NCBI GenBank assembly: GCA_964057225.1
Contig: OZ059896.1
Span: forward strand, 7,874,001-7,938,000
Origin: Auanema rhodensis
Lineage: Eukaryota > Animalia > Nematoda
Reading direction: 5' to 3'
DNA length: 64,000 bases
Below, in pieces: positions 1-14,287 of the stretch (within the stretch, counting starts at the first letter, position 1; each line of letters begins with the position of its first letter). A model generated the notes under the pieces. That model saw only the letters and a program-made list of their open reading frames with translations, was not told where the DNA came from and did not search any database. Both the position numbers and the translations under genes were made by a program.

Positions 1-3000
1 TATTTTTATTTGATCAAAGTTGACGATCTTGGAGTAAAGCGGACATTCACCAGGCACAACATGACTACAGCCTGAACTTTTTTGTGAACAAATCTGCTGG
101 ATAGGGTCGAGATAAACCATTTTTCCGGAAAACAGAGAGGTCCTCGTCAATTCTCACTAAGAAATTCAGAATCTACACATCTAAATACTCCACCTTTTGA
201 TATTTTTATTCGATCAAAGTTGATGATCTTGGAGTAATGCGGACATTCACCAGGCACAACATGACTACAGCCTGAACTTTTTTGTGAACAAATCTGCTGG
301 ATAGGGTCGAGATAAACCTTTTTTCCGGAAAATAGAGAGGTCCTGGTCAATTCTCACTCAGAATTTCAGAATCTACACATCTAAATACCCAACCTTTTGA
401 TATTTTTATTTGATCAAAAATGATGATCTTGGAGTAAAGCGAACTTTCACGAGACACAACATGACTACAGCCTGAACTTTTTTGTGAACAAATCTGCTGG
501 ATAGGGTCGAGATAAACCCTTTCTCCGGAAAATAGAGAGGTCCTGGTCAATTCTCACTCAGAATTTCAGAATCTACACATCTAAATACCCAACCTTTTGA
601 TATTTTTATTTGATCAAAGTTGATCATCTTGGAATAAACCGAACATTCACCAGGCACAACATGACTACAGCCTGAACTTTTTTGTGAACAAATCTGCTGG
701 ATAGGGTCGAGATAAACCCTTTTTCCGGAAAACAGAAAGGTCCTCGTCAATTCTCACTAAGAATTTCAGAATCTACACATCTGAATACCCAACCTTTTGA
801 TATTTTTATTTGATCAAAGTTGATCATCTTGTAATAAACCGAACTTTCACGAGACACAACATGACTACAGCCTGAACTTTTTTGTGAACAAATCTGCTGG
901 ATAGGGTCGAGATAAACCCTTTTTCCGGAAAACAGAGAGGTCCTGGTCAATTCTCACTAAGAATTTCAGAATCTACACATCTGAATACCCAACCTTTTGA
1001 TTTTTTTATTTGATCAAAAATGATGATCTTGGAGTAAAGCGAACTTTCACGAGACACAACATGACTACAGCCTGAACTTTTTTGTGAACAAATCTGCTGG
1101 ATAGGGTCGAGATAAACCCTTTTTCCGGAAAACAGAGAGGTCCTGGTCAATTCTCACTAAGAATTTCAGAATCTACACATCTGAATACCCAACCTTTTGA
1201 TTTTTTTATTTGATCAAAAATGATGATCTTGGAGTAAAGCGAACTTTCACGAGACACAACATGACTACAGCCTGAACTTTTTTGTGAACAAATCTGCTGG
1301 ATAGGGTCGAGATAAACCTTTTTTCCGGAAAATAGAGAGGTCCTGGTCAATTCTCACTAAGAATTTCAGAATCTACACATCTAAATACCCAACCTTTTGA
1401 TATTTTTATTTGATCAAAGTTGATGATCTTGGAGTAAAGCGGACATTCACCAGGCACAACATGACTACAGCCTGAACTTTTTTGTGAACAAATCTGCTGG
1501 ATAGGGTCGAGATAAACCCTTTTTCCGGAAAACAGAAAGGTCCTCGTCAATTCTCACTAAGAAATTTAGAATCTACACATCTAAATACCCAACCTTTTGA
1601 TTTTTTTATTTGATCAAAAATGATGATCTTGGAGTAAAGCGAACTTTCACGAGACACAACATGACTACAGTCTGAACTTTTTTGTGAACAAACCTGCTGG
1701 ATAGGGTCGAGATAAACCCTTTTTCCGGAAAATAGAGAGGTCCTGGTCAATTCTCACTAAGAATTTCAGAATCTACACATCTGAATACCCAACCTTTTGA
1801 TATTTTTATTTGATCAAAGTTGATCATCTTGGAATAAACCGAACATTCACCAGGCACAATATGACTACAGCCTGAACTTTTTTGTGAACAAATCTGCTGG
1901 ATAGGGTCAAGATAAACCCTTTGTCCGGAAAATAGAGAGGTCCTGGTCAATTTTCACTAAGAAATTCAGAATCTACACATCTGAATACCCAACCTTTTGA
2001 TATTTATATTTGATCAAAGTTGATGATCTTGGAGTAAAGCGAACATTCACCAGGCACAACATGACTACAGCCTCAACTTTTTTGTGAACAAATCTGCTGG
2101 ACAGGGTCGAGATAAACCCTTTTTCCGGAATAGAGAGAGGTCCTGGTCAATTTTCACTAAGAAATTCAGAATCTACACATCTGAATACCCAACCTTTTGA
2201 TATTTTTATTTGATCAAAGTTGATCATCTTGGAATAAACCGAACATTCACCAGGCACAACATGACTACAGCCTGAACTTTTTTGTGAACAAATCTGCTGG
2301 ATAGGGTCGAGATAAACCCTTTTTCCGGAAAATAGAGAGGTCCTGGTCAATTCTCACTAAGAATTTCAGAATCTACACATCTAAATACTCCACCTTTTGA
2401 TATTTTTATTCGATCAAAGTTGATGATCTTGGAGTAATGCGGACATTCACCAGGCACAACATGACTACAGCCTGAACTTTTTTGTGAACAAATCTGCTGG
2501 ATAGGGTCGAGATAAACCATTTTTCCGGAAAACAGAGAGGTCCTCGTCAATTCTCACTAAGAAATTCAGAATCTACACATCTAAATACTCCACCTTTTGA
2601 TATTTTTATTCGATCAAAGTTGATGATCTTGGAGTAATGCGGACATTCACCAGGCACAACATGACTACAGCCTGAACTTTTTTGTGAACAAATCTGCTGG
2701 ATAGGGTCGAGATAAACCTTTTTTCCGGAAAATAGAGAGGTCCTGGTCAATTCTCACTCAGAATTTCAGAATCTACACATCTAAATACTCCACCTTTTGA
2801 TATTTTTATTCGATCAAAGTTGATGATCTTGGAGTAATGCGGACATTCACCAGGCACAACATGACTACAGCCTGAACTTTTTTGTGAACAAATCTGCTGG
2901 ATAGGGTCGAGATAAACCTTTTTTCCGGAAAATAGAGAGGTCCTGGTCAATTCTCACTCAGAATTTCAGAATCTACACATCTAAATACCCAACCTTTTGA

Positions 3001-6000
3001 TATTTTTATTTGATCAAAAATGATGATCTTGGAGTAAAGCGAACTTTCACGAGACACAACATGACTACAGCCTGAACTTTTTTGTGAACAAATCTGCTGG
3101 ATAGGGTCGAGATAAACCCTTTCTCCGGAAAATAGAGAGGTCCTGGTCAATTCTCACTCAGAATTTCAGAATCTACACATCTAAATACCCAACCTTTTGA
3201 TATTTTTATTTGATCAAAGTTGATCATCTTGGAATAAACCGAACATTCACCAGGCACAACATGACTACAGCCTGAACTTTTTTGTGAACAAATCTGCTGG
3301 ATAGGGTCGAGATAAACCCTTTTTCCGGAAAACAGAAAGGTCCTCGTCAATTCTCACTAAGAATTTCAGAATCTACACATCTGAATACCCAACCTTTTGA
3401 TATTTTTATTTGATCAAAGTTGATCATCTTGTAATAAACCGAACATTCACCAGGCACAATATGACTACAGCCTGAACTTTTTTGTGAACAAATCTGCTGG
3501 ATAGGGTCAAGATAAACCCTTTGTCCGGAAAATAGAGAGGTCCTGGTCAATTCTCACTAAGAATTTCAGAATCTACACATCTGAATACCCAACCTTTTGA
3601 TATTTTTATTTGATCAAAAATGATGATCTTGGAGTAAAGCGAACTTTCACGAGACACAACATGACTACAGCCTGAACTTTTTTGTGAACAAATCTGCTGG
3701 ATAGGGTCGAGATAAACCCTTTTTCCGGAAAACAGAGAGGTCCTGGTCAATTCTCACTAAGAATTTCAGAATCTACACATCTGAATACCCAACCTTTTGA
3801 TTTTTTTATTTGATCAAAAATGATGATCTTGGAGTAAAGCGAACTTTCACGAGACACAACATGACTACAGCCTGAACTTTTTTGTGAACAAATCTGCTGG
3901 ATAGGGTCGAGATAAACCTTTTTTCCGGAAAATAGAGAGGTCCTGGTCAATTCTCACTAAGAATTTCAGAATCTACACATCTAAATACCCAACCTTTTGA
4001 TATTTTTATTTGATCAAAGTTGATGATCTTGGAGTAAAGCGGACATTCACCAGGCACAACATGACTACAGCCTGAACTTTTTTGTGAACAAATCTGCTGG
4101 ATAGGGTCGAGATAAACCCTTTTTCCGGAAAACAGAAAGGTCCTCGTCAATTCTCACTAAGAAATTTAGAATCTACACATCTAAATACCCAACCTTTTGA
4201 TTTTTTTATTTGATCAAAAATGATGATCTTGGAGTAAAGCGAACTTTCACGAGACACAACATGACTACAGTCTGAACTTTTTTGTGAACAAACCTGCTGG
4301 ATAGGGTCGAGATAAACCCTTTTTCCGGAAAATAGAGAGGTCCTGGTCAATTCTCACTAAGAATTTCAGAATCTACACATCTGAATACCCAACCTTTTGA
4401 TATTTTTATTTGATCAAAGTTGATCATCTTGGAATAAACCGAACATTCACCAGGCACAATATGACTACAGCCTGAACTTTTTTGTGAACAAATCTGCTGG
4501 ATAGGGTCAAGATAAACCCTTTGTCCGGAAAATAGAGAGGTCCTGGTCAATTTTCACTAAGAAATTCAGAATCTACACATCTGAATACCCAACCTTTTGA
4601 TATTTATATTTGATCAAAGTTGATGATCTTGGAGTAAAGCGAACATTCACCAGGCACAACATGACTACAGCCTCAACTTTTTTGTGAACAAATCTGCTGG
4701 ACAGGGTCGAGATAAACCCTTTTTCCGGAATAGAGAGAGGTCCTGGTCAATTTTCACTAAGAAATTCAGAATCTACACATCTGAATACCCAACCTTTTGA
4801 TATTTTTATTTGATCAAAGTTGATCATCTTGGAATAAACCGAACATTCACCAGGCACAACATGACTACAGCCTGAACTTTTTTGTGAACAAATCTGCTGG
4901 ATAGGGTCGAGATAAACCCTTTTTCCGGAAAATAGAGAGGTCCTGGTCAATTCTCACTAAGAATTTCAGAATCTACACATCTAAATACTCCACCTTTTGA
5001 TATTTTTATTCGATCAAAGTTGATGATCTTGGAGTAATGCGGACATTCACCAGGCACAACATGACTACAGCCTGAACTTTTTTGTGAACAAATCTGCTGG
5101 ATAGGGTCGAGATAAACCATTTTTCCGGAAAACAGAGAGGTCCTCGTCAATTCTCACTAAGAAATTCAGAATCTACACATCTAAATACTCCACCTTTTGA
5201 TATTTTTATTCGATCAAAGTTGATGATCTTGGAGTAATGCGGACATTCACCAGGCACAACATGACTACAGCCTGAACTTTTTTGTGAACAAATCTGCTGG
5301 ATAGGGTCGAGATAAACCTTTTTTCCGGAAAATAGAGAGGTCCTGGTCAATTCTCACTCAGAATTTCAGAATCTACACATCTAAATACCCAACCTTTTGA
5401 TATTTTTATTTGATCAAAAATGATGATCTTGGAGTAAAGCGAACTTTCACGAGACACAACATGACTACAGCCTGAACTTTTTTGTGAACAAATCTGCTGG
5501 ATAGGGTCGAGATAAACCCTTTCTCCGGAAAATAGAGAGGTCCTGGTCAATTCTCACTCAGAATTTCAGAATCTACACATCTAAATACCCAACCTTTTGA
5601 TATTTTTATTTGATCAAAGTTGATCATCTTGGAATAAACCGAACATTCACCAGGCACAACATGACTACAGCCTGAACTTTTTTGTGAACAAATCTGCTGG
5701 ATAGGGTCGAGATAAACCCTTTTTCCGGAAAACAGAAAGGTCCTCGTCAATTCTCACTAAGAATTTCAGAATCTACACATCTGAATACCCAACCTTTTGA
5801 TATTTTTATTTGATCAAAGTTGATCATCTTGGAATAAACCGAACATTCACCAGGCACAATATGACTACAGCCTGAACTTTTTTGTGAACAAATCTGCTGG
5901 ATAGGGTCAAGATAAACCCTTTGTCCGGAAAATAGAGAGGTCCTGGTCAATTCTCACTAAGAATTTCAGAATCTACACATCTGAATACCCAACCTTTTGA

Positions 6001-9000
6001 TATTTTTATTTGATCAAAAATGATGATCTTGGAGTAAAGCGAACTTTCACGAGACACAACATGACTACAGCCTGAACTTTTTTGTGAACAAATCTGCTGG
6101 ATAGGGTCGAGATAAACCCTTTTTCCGGAAAACAGAGAGGTCTCGGTCAATTCTCACTAAGAATTTCAGAATCTACACATCTGAATACCCAACCTTTTGA
6201 TTTTTTTATTTGATCAAAAATGATGATCTTGGAGTAAAGCGAACTTTCACGAGACACAACATGACTACAGCCTGAACTTTTTTGTGAACAAATCTGCTGG
6301 ATAGGGTCGAGATAAACCTTTTTTCCGGAAAATAGAGAGGTCCTGGTCAATTCTCACTAAGAATTTCAGAATCTACACATCTAAATACCCAACCTTTTGA
6401 TATTTTTATTTGATCAAAGTTGATGATCTTGGAGTAAAGCGGACATTCACCAGGCACAACATGACTACAGCCTGAACTTTTTTGTGAACAAATCTGCTGG
6501 ATAGGGTCGAGATAAACCCTTTTTCCGGAAAACAGAAAGGTCCTCGTCAATTCTCACTAAGAAATTTAGAATCTACACATCTAAATACCCAACCTTTTGA
6601 TTTTTTTATTTGATCAAAAATGATGATCTTGGAGTAAAGCGAACTTTCACGAGACACAACATGACTACAGTCTGAACTTTTTTGTGAACAAACCTGCTGG
6701 ATAGGGTCGAGATAAACCCTTTTTCCGGAAAATAGAGAGGTCCTGGTCAATTCTCACTAAGAATTTCAGAATCTACACATCTGAATACCCAACCTTTTGA
6801 TATTTTTATTTGATCAAAGTTGATCATCTTGGAATAAACCGAACATTCACCAGGCACAATATGACTACAGCCTGAACTTTTTTGTGAACAAATCTGCTGG
6901 ATAGGGTCAAGATAAACCCTTTGTCCGGAAAATAGAGAGGTCCTGGTCAATTTTCACTAAGAAATTCAGAATCTACACATCTGAATACCCAACCTTTTGA
7001 TATTTATATTTGATCAAAGTTGATGATCTTGGAGTAAAGCGAACATTCACCAGGCACAACATGACTACAGCCTCAACTTTTTTGTGAACAAATCTGCTGG
7101 ATAGGGTCGAGATAAACCCTTTTTCCGGAATAGAGAGAGGTCCTGGTCAATTTTCACTAAGAAATTCAGAATCTACACATCTGAATACCCAACCTTTTGA
7201 TATTTTTATTTGATCAAAGTTGATCATCTTGGAATAAACCGAACATTCACCAGGCACAACATGACTACAGCCTGAACTTTTTTGTGAACAAATCTGCTGG
7301 ATAGGGTCGAGATAAACCCTTTTTCCGGAAAATAGAGAGGTCCTGGTCAATTCTCACTAAGAATTTCAGAATCTACACATCTGAATACCCAACCTTTTGA
7401 TATTTTTATTTGATCAAAAATGATGATCTTGGAGTAAAGCGAACTTTCACGAGACACAACATGACTACAGCCTGAACTTTTTTGTGAACAAATCTGCTGG
7501 ATAGGGTCGAGATAAACCTTTTTTCCGGAAAATAGAGAGGTCCTGGTCAATTCTCACTAAGAATTTCAGAATCTACACATCTAAATACCCAACCTTTTGA
7601 TATTTTTATTTGATCAAAGTTGATGATCTTGGAGTAAAGCGGACATTCACCAGGCACAACATGACTACAGCCTGAACTTTTTTGTGAACAAATCTGCTGG
7701 ATAGGGTCGAGATAAACCCTTTTTCCGGAAAACAGAAAGGTCCTCGTCAATTCTCACTAAGAAATTTAGAATCTACACATCTAAATACCCAACCTTTTGA
7801 TTTTTTTATTTGATCAAAAATGATGATCTTGGAGTAAAGCGAACTTTCACGAGACACAACATGACTACAGCCTCAACTTTTTTGTGAACAAATCTGCTGG
7901 ATAGGGTCGAGATAAACCTTTTTTCCGGAAAACAGAGAGGTCCTGGTCAATTCTCACTAAGAATTTCAGAATCTACACATCTGAATACCCAACCTTTTGA
8001 TATTTTTATTTGATCAAAAATGATGATCTTGGAGTAAAGCGAACTTTCACGAGACACAACATGACTACAGTCTGAACTTTTTTGTGAACAAACCTGCTGG
8101 ATAGGGTCGAGATAAACCCTTTTTCCGGAAAATAGAGAGGTCCTGGTCAATTCTCACTAAGAATTTCAGAATCTACACATCTGAATACCCAACCTTTTCA
8201 TATTTTTATTTGATCAAAGTTGATCATCTTGGAATAAACCGAACATTCACCAGGCACAATATGACTACAGCCTGAACTTTTTTGTGAACAAATCTGCTGG
8301 ATAGGGTCAAGATAAACCCTTTGTCCGGAAAATAGAGAGGTCCTGGTCAATTTTCACTAAGAAATTCAGAATCTACACATCTGAATACCCAACCTTTTGA
8401 TATTTATATTTGATCAAAGTTGATGATCTTGGAGTAAAGCGAACATTCACCAGGCACAACATGACTACAGCCTCAACTTTTTTGTGAACAAATCTGCTGG
8501 ATAGGGTCGAGATAAACCCTTTTTCCGGAATAGAGAGAGGTCCTGGTCAATTTTCACTAAGAAATTCAGAATCTACACATCTGAATACCCAACCTTTTGA
8601 TATTTTTATTTGATCAAAGTTGATCATCTTGGAATAAACCGAACATTCACCAGGCACAACATGACTACAGCCTGAACTTTTTTGTGAACAAATCTGCTGG
8701 ATAGGGTCGAGATAAACCCTTTTTCCGGAAAATAGAGAGGTCCTGGTCAATTCTCACTAAGAATTTCAGAATCTACACATCTGAATACCCAACCTTTTGA
8801 TATTTTTATTTGATCAAAGTTGATCATCTTGGAATAAACCGAACATTCACCAGGCACAATATGACTACAGCCTGAACTTTTTTGTGAACAAATCTGCTGG
8901 ATAGGGTCGAGATAAACCCTTTTTCCGGAAAACAGAAAGGTCCTCGTCAATTCTCACTAAGAAATTTAGAATCTACACATCTGAATACCCAACCTTTTGA

Positions 9001-12000
9001 TATTTTTATTTGATCAAAAATGATGATCTTGGAGTAAAGCGAACTTTCACGAGACACAACATGACTACAGTCTGAACTTTTTTGTGAACAAACCTGCTGG
9101 ATAGGGTCGAGATAAACCCTTTTTCCGGAAAATAGAGAGGTCCTGGTCAATTCTCACTAAGAATTTCAGAATCTACACATCTGAATACCCAACCTTTTGA
9201 TATTTTTATTTGATCAAAGTTGATCATCTTGGAATAAACCGAACATTCACCAGGCACAATCTGACTACAGCCTGAACTTTTTTGTGAACAAATCTGCTGG
9301 ATAGGGTCAAGATAAACCCTTTGTCCGGAAAATAGAAAGGTCCTCGTCAATTCTCACTAAGAATTTCAGAATCTACACATCTAAATACCCAACCTTTTGA
9401 TATTTTTATTTGATCAAAGTTGATGATCTTGGAGTAAAGCGGACATTCACCAGGCACAACATGACTACAGCCTGAACTTTTTTGTGAACAAATCTGCTGG
9501 ATAGGGTCGAGATAAACCCTTTTTCCGGAAAACAGAAAGGTCCTGGTCAATTCTCACTAAGAATTTCAGAATCTACACATCTGAATACCCAACCTTTTGA
9601 TATTTTTATTTGATCAAAAATGATGATCTTGGAGTAAAGCGAACTTTCACGAGACACAACATGACTACAGCCTCAACTTTTTTGTGAACAAATCTGCTGG
9701 ATAGGGTCGAGATAAACCCTTTTTCCGGAAAACAGAAAGGTCCTCGTCAATTCTCACTAAGAAATTTAGAATCTACACATCTAAATACCCAACCTTTTGA
9801 TTTTTTTATTTGATCAAAAATGATGATCTTGGAGTAAAGCGAACTTTCACGAGACACAACATGACTACAGCCTCAACTTTTTTGTGAACAAATCTGCTGG
9901 ATAGGGTCGAGATAAACCCTTTTTCCGGAAAACAGAGAGGTCCTGGTCAATTCTCACTAAGAATTTCAGAATCTACACATCTGAATACCCAACCTTTTGA
10001 TATTTTTATTTGATCAAAAATGATGATCTTGGAGTAAAGCGAACTTTCACGAGACACAACATGACTACAGTCTGAACTTTTTTGTGAACAAACCTGCTGG
10101 ATAGGGTCGAGATAAACCCTTTTTCCGGAAAATAGAGAGGTCCTGGTCAATTCTCACTAAGAATTTCAGAATCTACACATCTGAATACCCAACCTTTTGA
10201 TATTTTTATTTGATCAAAGTTGATCATCTTGGAATAAACCGAACATTCACCAGGCACAATATGACTACAGCCTGAACTTTTTTGTGAACAAATCTGCTGG
10301 ATAGGGTCAAGATAAACCCTTTGTCCGGAAAATAGAGAGGTCCTGGTCAATTTTCACTAAGAAATTCAGAATCTACACATCTGAATACCCAACCTTTTGA
10401 TATTTATATTTGATCAAAGTTGATGATCTTGGAGTAAAGCGAACATTCACCAGGCACAACATGACTACAGCCTCAACTTTTTTGTGAACAAATCTGCTGG
10501 ATAGGGTCGAGATAAACCCTTTTTCCGGAAAATAGAGAGGTCCTGGTCAATTCTCACTAAGAATTTCAGAATCTACACATCTGAATACCCAACCTTTTGA
10601 TATTTTTATTTGATCAAAGTTGATCATCTTGGAATAAACCGAACATTCACCAGGCACAATATGACTACAGCCTGAACTTTTTTGTGAACAAATCTGCTGG
10701 ATAGGGTCAAGATAAACCCTTTGTCCGGAAAATAGAGAGGTCCTGGTCAATTTTCACTAAGAAATTCAGAATCTACACATCTGAATACCCAACCTTTTGA
10801 TATTTTTATTTGATCAAAAATGATGATCTTGGAGTAAAGCGAACTTTCACGAGACACAACATGACTACAGCCTGAACTTTTTTGTGAACAAACCTGCTGG
10901 ATAGGGTCGAGATAAACCCTTTTTCCGGAAAATAGAGAGGTCCTGGTCAATTTTCACTAAGAATTTCAGAATCTACACATCTGAATACCCAACCTTTTGA
11001 TATTTTTATTTGATCAAAGTTGATCATCTTGGAGTAATGCGGACATTCACCAGGCACAACATGACTACAGCCTGAACTTTTTTGTGAACAAATCTGCTGG
11101 ATAGGGTCGAGATAAACCTTTTTTCCGGAAAATAGAGAGGTCCTGGTCAATTTTCACTAAGAAATTCAGAATCTACACATCTGAATACCCAACCTTTTGA
11201 TATTTTTATTTGATCAAAAATGATGATCTTGGAGTAAAGCGAACTTTCACGAGACACAACATGACTACAGCCTGAACTTTTTTGTGAACAAACCTGCTGG
11301 ATAGGGTCGAGATAAACCCTTTTTCCGGAAAATAGAGAGGTCCTGGTCAATTTTCACTAAGAATTTCAGAATCTACACATCTGAATACCTAACCTTTTGA
11401 TATTTTTATTTGATCAAAGTTGATCATCTTGGAATAAACCGAACATTCACCAGGCACAACATGACTACAGCCTGAACTTTTTTGTGAACAAATCTGCTGG
11501 ATAGGGTCGAGATAAACCCTTTTTCCGGAAAAGAGAGAGGTCCTGGTCAATTTTCACTAAGAAATTCAGAATCTACACATCTGAATACCCAACCTTTTGA
11601 TATTTTTATTTGATCAAAGTTGACGATCTTGGAGTAAAGCGGACATTCACCAGGCACAACATGACTACAGTCTGAACTTTTTTGTGAACAAATCTGCTGG
11701 ATAGGGTCGAGATAAACCTTTTTTCCGGAAAAGAGAGAGGTCCTGGTCAATTTTCACTAAGAAATTCAGAATCTACACATCTGAATACCCAACCTTTTGA
11801 TATTTTTATTTGATCAAAGTTGATGATCTTGGAGTAATGCGGACATTCACCAGGCACAACATGACTACAGCCTGAACTTTTTTGTGAACAAATCTGCTGG
11901 ATAGGGTCGAGATAAACCTTTTTTCCGGAAAATAGAGAGGTCCTGGTCAATTCTCACTAAGAAATTCAGAAACTACACATCTAAATACCCAACCTTTTGA

Positions 12001-12566
12001 TATTTATATTTGATCAAAGTTGATGATCTTGGAGTAAAGCGAACATTCACCAGGCACAACATGACTACAGCCTCAACTTTTTTGTGAACAAATCTGCTGG
12101 ATAGGGTCGAGATAAACCCTTTTTCCGGAATAGAGAGAGGTCCTGGTCAATTTTCACTAAGAAATTCAGAATCTACACATCTGAATACCCAACCTTTTGA
12201 TATTTTTATTTGATCAAAGTTGACGATCTTGGAGTAAAGCGGACATTCACCAGGCACAACATGACTACAGCCTGAACTTTTTTGTGAACAAACCTGCTGG
12301 ATAGGGTCGAGATAAACCCTTTTTCCGGAAAATAGAGAGGTCCTGGTCAATTCTCACTAAGAATTTCAGAATCTACACATCTGAATACCCAACCTTTTGA
12401 TATTTTTATTTGATCAAAGTTGATCATCTTGGAATAAACCGAACATTCACCAGGCACAATATGACTACAGCCTGAACTTTTTTGTGAACAAATCTGCTGG
12501 ATAGGGTCAAGATAAACCCTTTGTCCGGAAAATAGAGAGGTCCTGGTCAATTTTCACTAAGAAATT
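1..12566. repeat. 200-bp tandem satellite, ~63 monomers (continues beyond left window edge)
   Basis: Exact 200-bp register throughout (ORF-track artefacts every 200 bp); monomers differ only by substitutions; no rRNA/tRNA/SL RNA recognised in the unit. Confidence 0.98.
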
Positions 12567-12778
12567 TTCTTAAATTTTCCTATTTTATGAAGTAAAATTT
12601 TAATTATATCCCATGTCTTAAGCTATTTATTTTCCAAATAACATATCTTCTCGGTAATCAATAAAACAAAAATTAACAGAAATCAACAGTATTTCGTAAC
12701 ACATTGTAAAATGAGCGTATCATTACCCGTGGTGCTAACCAGTAATGACACGCCCCCTAACTAACACATAAACATCAG
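12567..12778 (-). repeat. DIRS 3' ITR (12603-12778) plus 36-nt terminal extension (12567-12602)
   Basis: 12603-12778 is the reverse complement of 16840-17015; the extension is present only at this end and in the ICR. Confidence 0.93.
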
Positions 12779-12996
12779 AGTCAAAAAAATATAAACTTCA
12801 CAATGTAACAAGGTATAATACATCAAAACAAAAGAAACAATAAAATCACTTCTTCATTTTACTGTTGTTTCTATTAAAAGGTTTTACAGGTATTGAGTTC
12901 GAAGACGACCATCTACTGCAATAACATAAACATTTTTTTCAAGCTGAATATAAAAGAGGGATGGTGAACACACACAGGGGATGGTGGAGGGAAGTC

Positions 12997-13072
12997 AGAC
13001 ATGGGATATAATTAAAATTTTACTTCATAAAATAGGAAAATTTAAGAAATTATATCCCATGTCTTAAGCTAT
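12997..13072 (-). repeat. DIRS internal complementary region (ICR)
   Basis: 12997-13048 = reverse complement of 12567-12618; 13049-13072 = reverse complement of 16992-17015; together they reproduce the circle junction; lies 3 nt past the YR stop. Confidence 0.93.
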
Positions 13073-13075
13073 CTT

Positions 13076-14287
13076 TCAAAAAATTGCAGCTTGAAAGGAT
13101 CTGGTTCTGCAGTAGTGTTTGAAAAATGAAGTGTCGGATTTCCAATTTGCGGCACTCATTATAGTTTTCAATGGAACCCCTTTTTTAAAAGCTGACGAAG
13201 TAGAAGCGTGACGGGTAGAGTGCGCAGAAAATCTATGCGGTATTTTTGCCAACGATAAAATATCCCTTATCCACCGAGCTACTGTTGTACTTGTAATACT
13301 CGTTCCTTGTGAGATGGATATCAGTAAATTATTTGAAAGCCGTTTAGACTCAGTTTTGTCTAAATATGCTTTGATACATGCTACCGGACAGAGTAACGGT
13401 CTGTCTAAAGAAATCTCATAGGTAGCTTTATGAGGTATTCCCGCTTTTCTATTTTTATTTCTATAATTTATGAAAAACGTAACACCGTTATCATTGAATT
13501 GAACATGGTCTATAGAGAACTGCGCTATTTCTGACACTCGTTTTGGGGAGCATAAAGCTAATAGCATTGCTAATTTTTTGGTTAGTAGTTCCAACGATAA
13601 TTCGTTGTTGGGCCCCAGACTTTCTAAATATGAAAGAACAATGGAAGGTTCCCAAGAATCTATATATTTAGGTTGTGGAGGTTTTAATCTGAACGCTCCC
13701 CTAGATATTCTACTAAGTAAAGGGTTATCCCGAAGAGGGGGACTAATTTTCAGAAAGTCAGCTAAAGCACAAAGTGCGGATTTATAGCCCAAAACTGTTG
13801 AAACGGCTTTGTCGTTAAACATAGATGACAAAAAATCTGCAGCGGTTGAAGGAGAGGGAGTAATAGAGATTTTGTGAGAAGCACAATAAATTTCCCACTT
13901 TTTAAGAGCTGTATTATATTGCTTACGAGTTCCTGCAGCCCAGGAGTTTAAGAATAGAGACATGGTATCATTAGATATATCAGGAATTAGGCCAGTCAAA
14001 TTCTCCATGCTAAGAGCTGGAAGTTGTGGCTCTTCAACAGTGGGTGAACTTCTCCCACTGGGTTCCGTAAGAGGTAAGGGTGTTGTAATACCCGTACTTC
14101 CTTGTGAATTTTCTTTAATGTAGGGAACCAATATTGACTTGTCCAGTTCGGAGCTATTAAGATTGCTTTGCATCGATCTCGAACAATCTTTGCTATTGCT
14201 TTCCCCACCATTGAAAATGGAGGGAAAATGTAAGCGTATCCTTGTGATACTTCTGCCCAATTTACGGCAAAGGAGTTGATAAAGCAA
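13076..14287 (-). CDS. Tyrosine recombinase (YR) of DIRS element; true start probably internal (e.g. MENLTG near 14008)
   Basis: Catalytic R (KRVSE), H-x-x-R (HSTRHAS), W (ANW), Y (FKHY); N-terminal SAM-like region (SWAAGTRKQY); overlaps RT ORF in another frame. Confidence 0.93.
   Translation of the reverse strand: MLYQLLCRKLGRSITRIRLHFPSIFNGGESNSKDCSRSMQSNLNSSELDKSILVPYIKENSQGSTGITTPLPLTEPSGRSSPTVEEPQLPALSMENLTGLIPDISNDTMSLFLNSWAAGTRKQYNTALKKWEIYCASHKISITPSPSTAADFLSSMFNDKAVSTVLGYKSALCALADFLKISPPLRDNPLLSRISRGAFRLKPPQPKYIDSWEPSIVLSYLESLGPNNELSLELLTKKLAMLLALCSPKRVSEIAQFSIDHVQFNDNGVTFFINYRNKNRKAGIPHKATYEISLDRPLLCPVACIKAYLDKTESKRLSNNLLISISQGTSITSTTVARWIRDILSLAKIPHRFSAHSTRHASTSSAFKKGVPLKTIMSAANWKSDTSFFKHYCRTRSFQAAIF

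Noticed and set aside
1-200. Satellite unit as 5S rRNA, SL RNA or snRNA gene
   Set aside because: No recognisable 5S, SL1 leader or snRNA sequence on either strand by eye; an Rfam scan would be decisive
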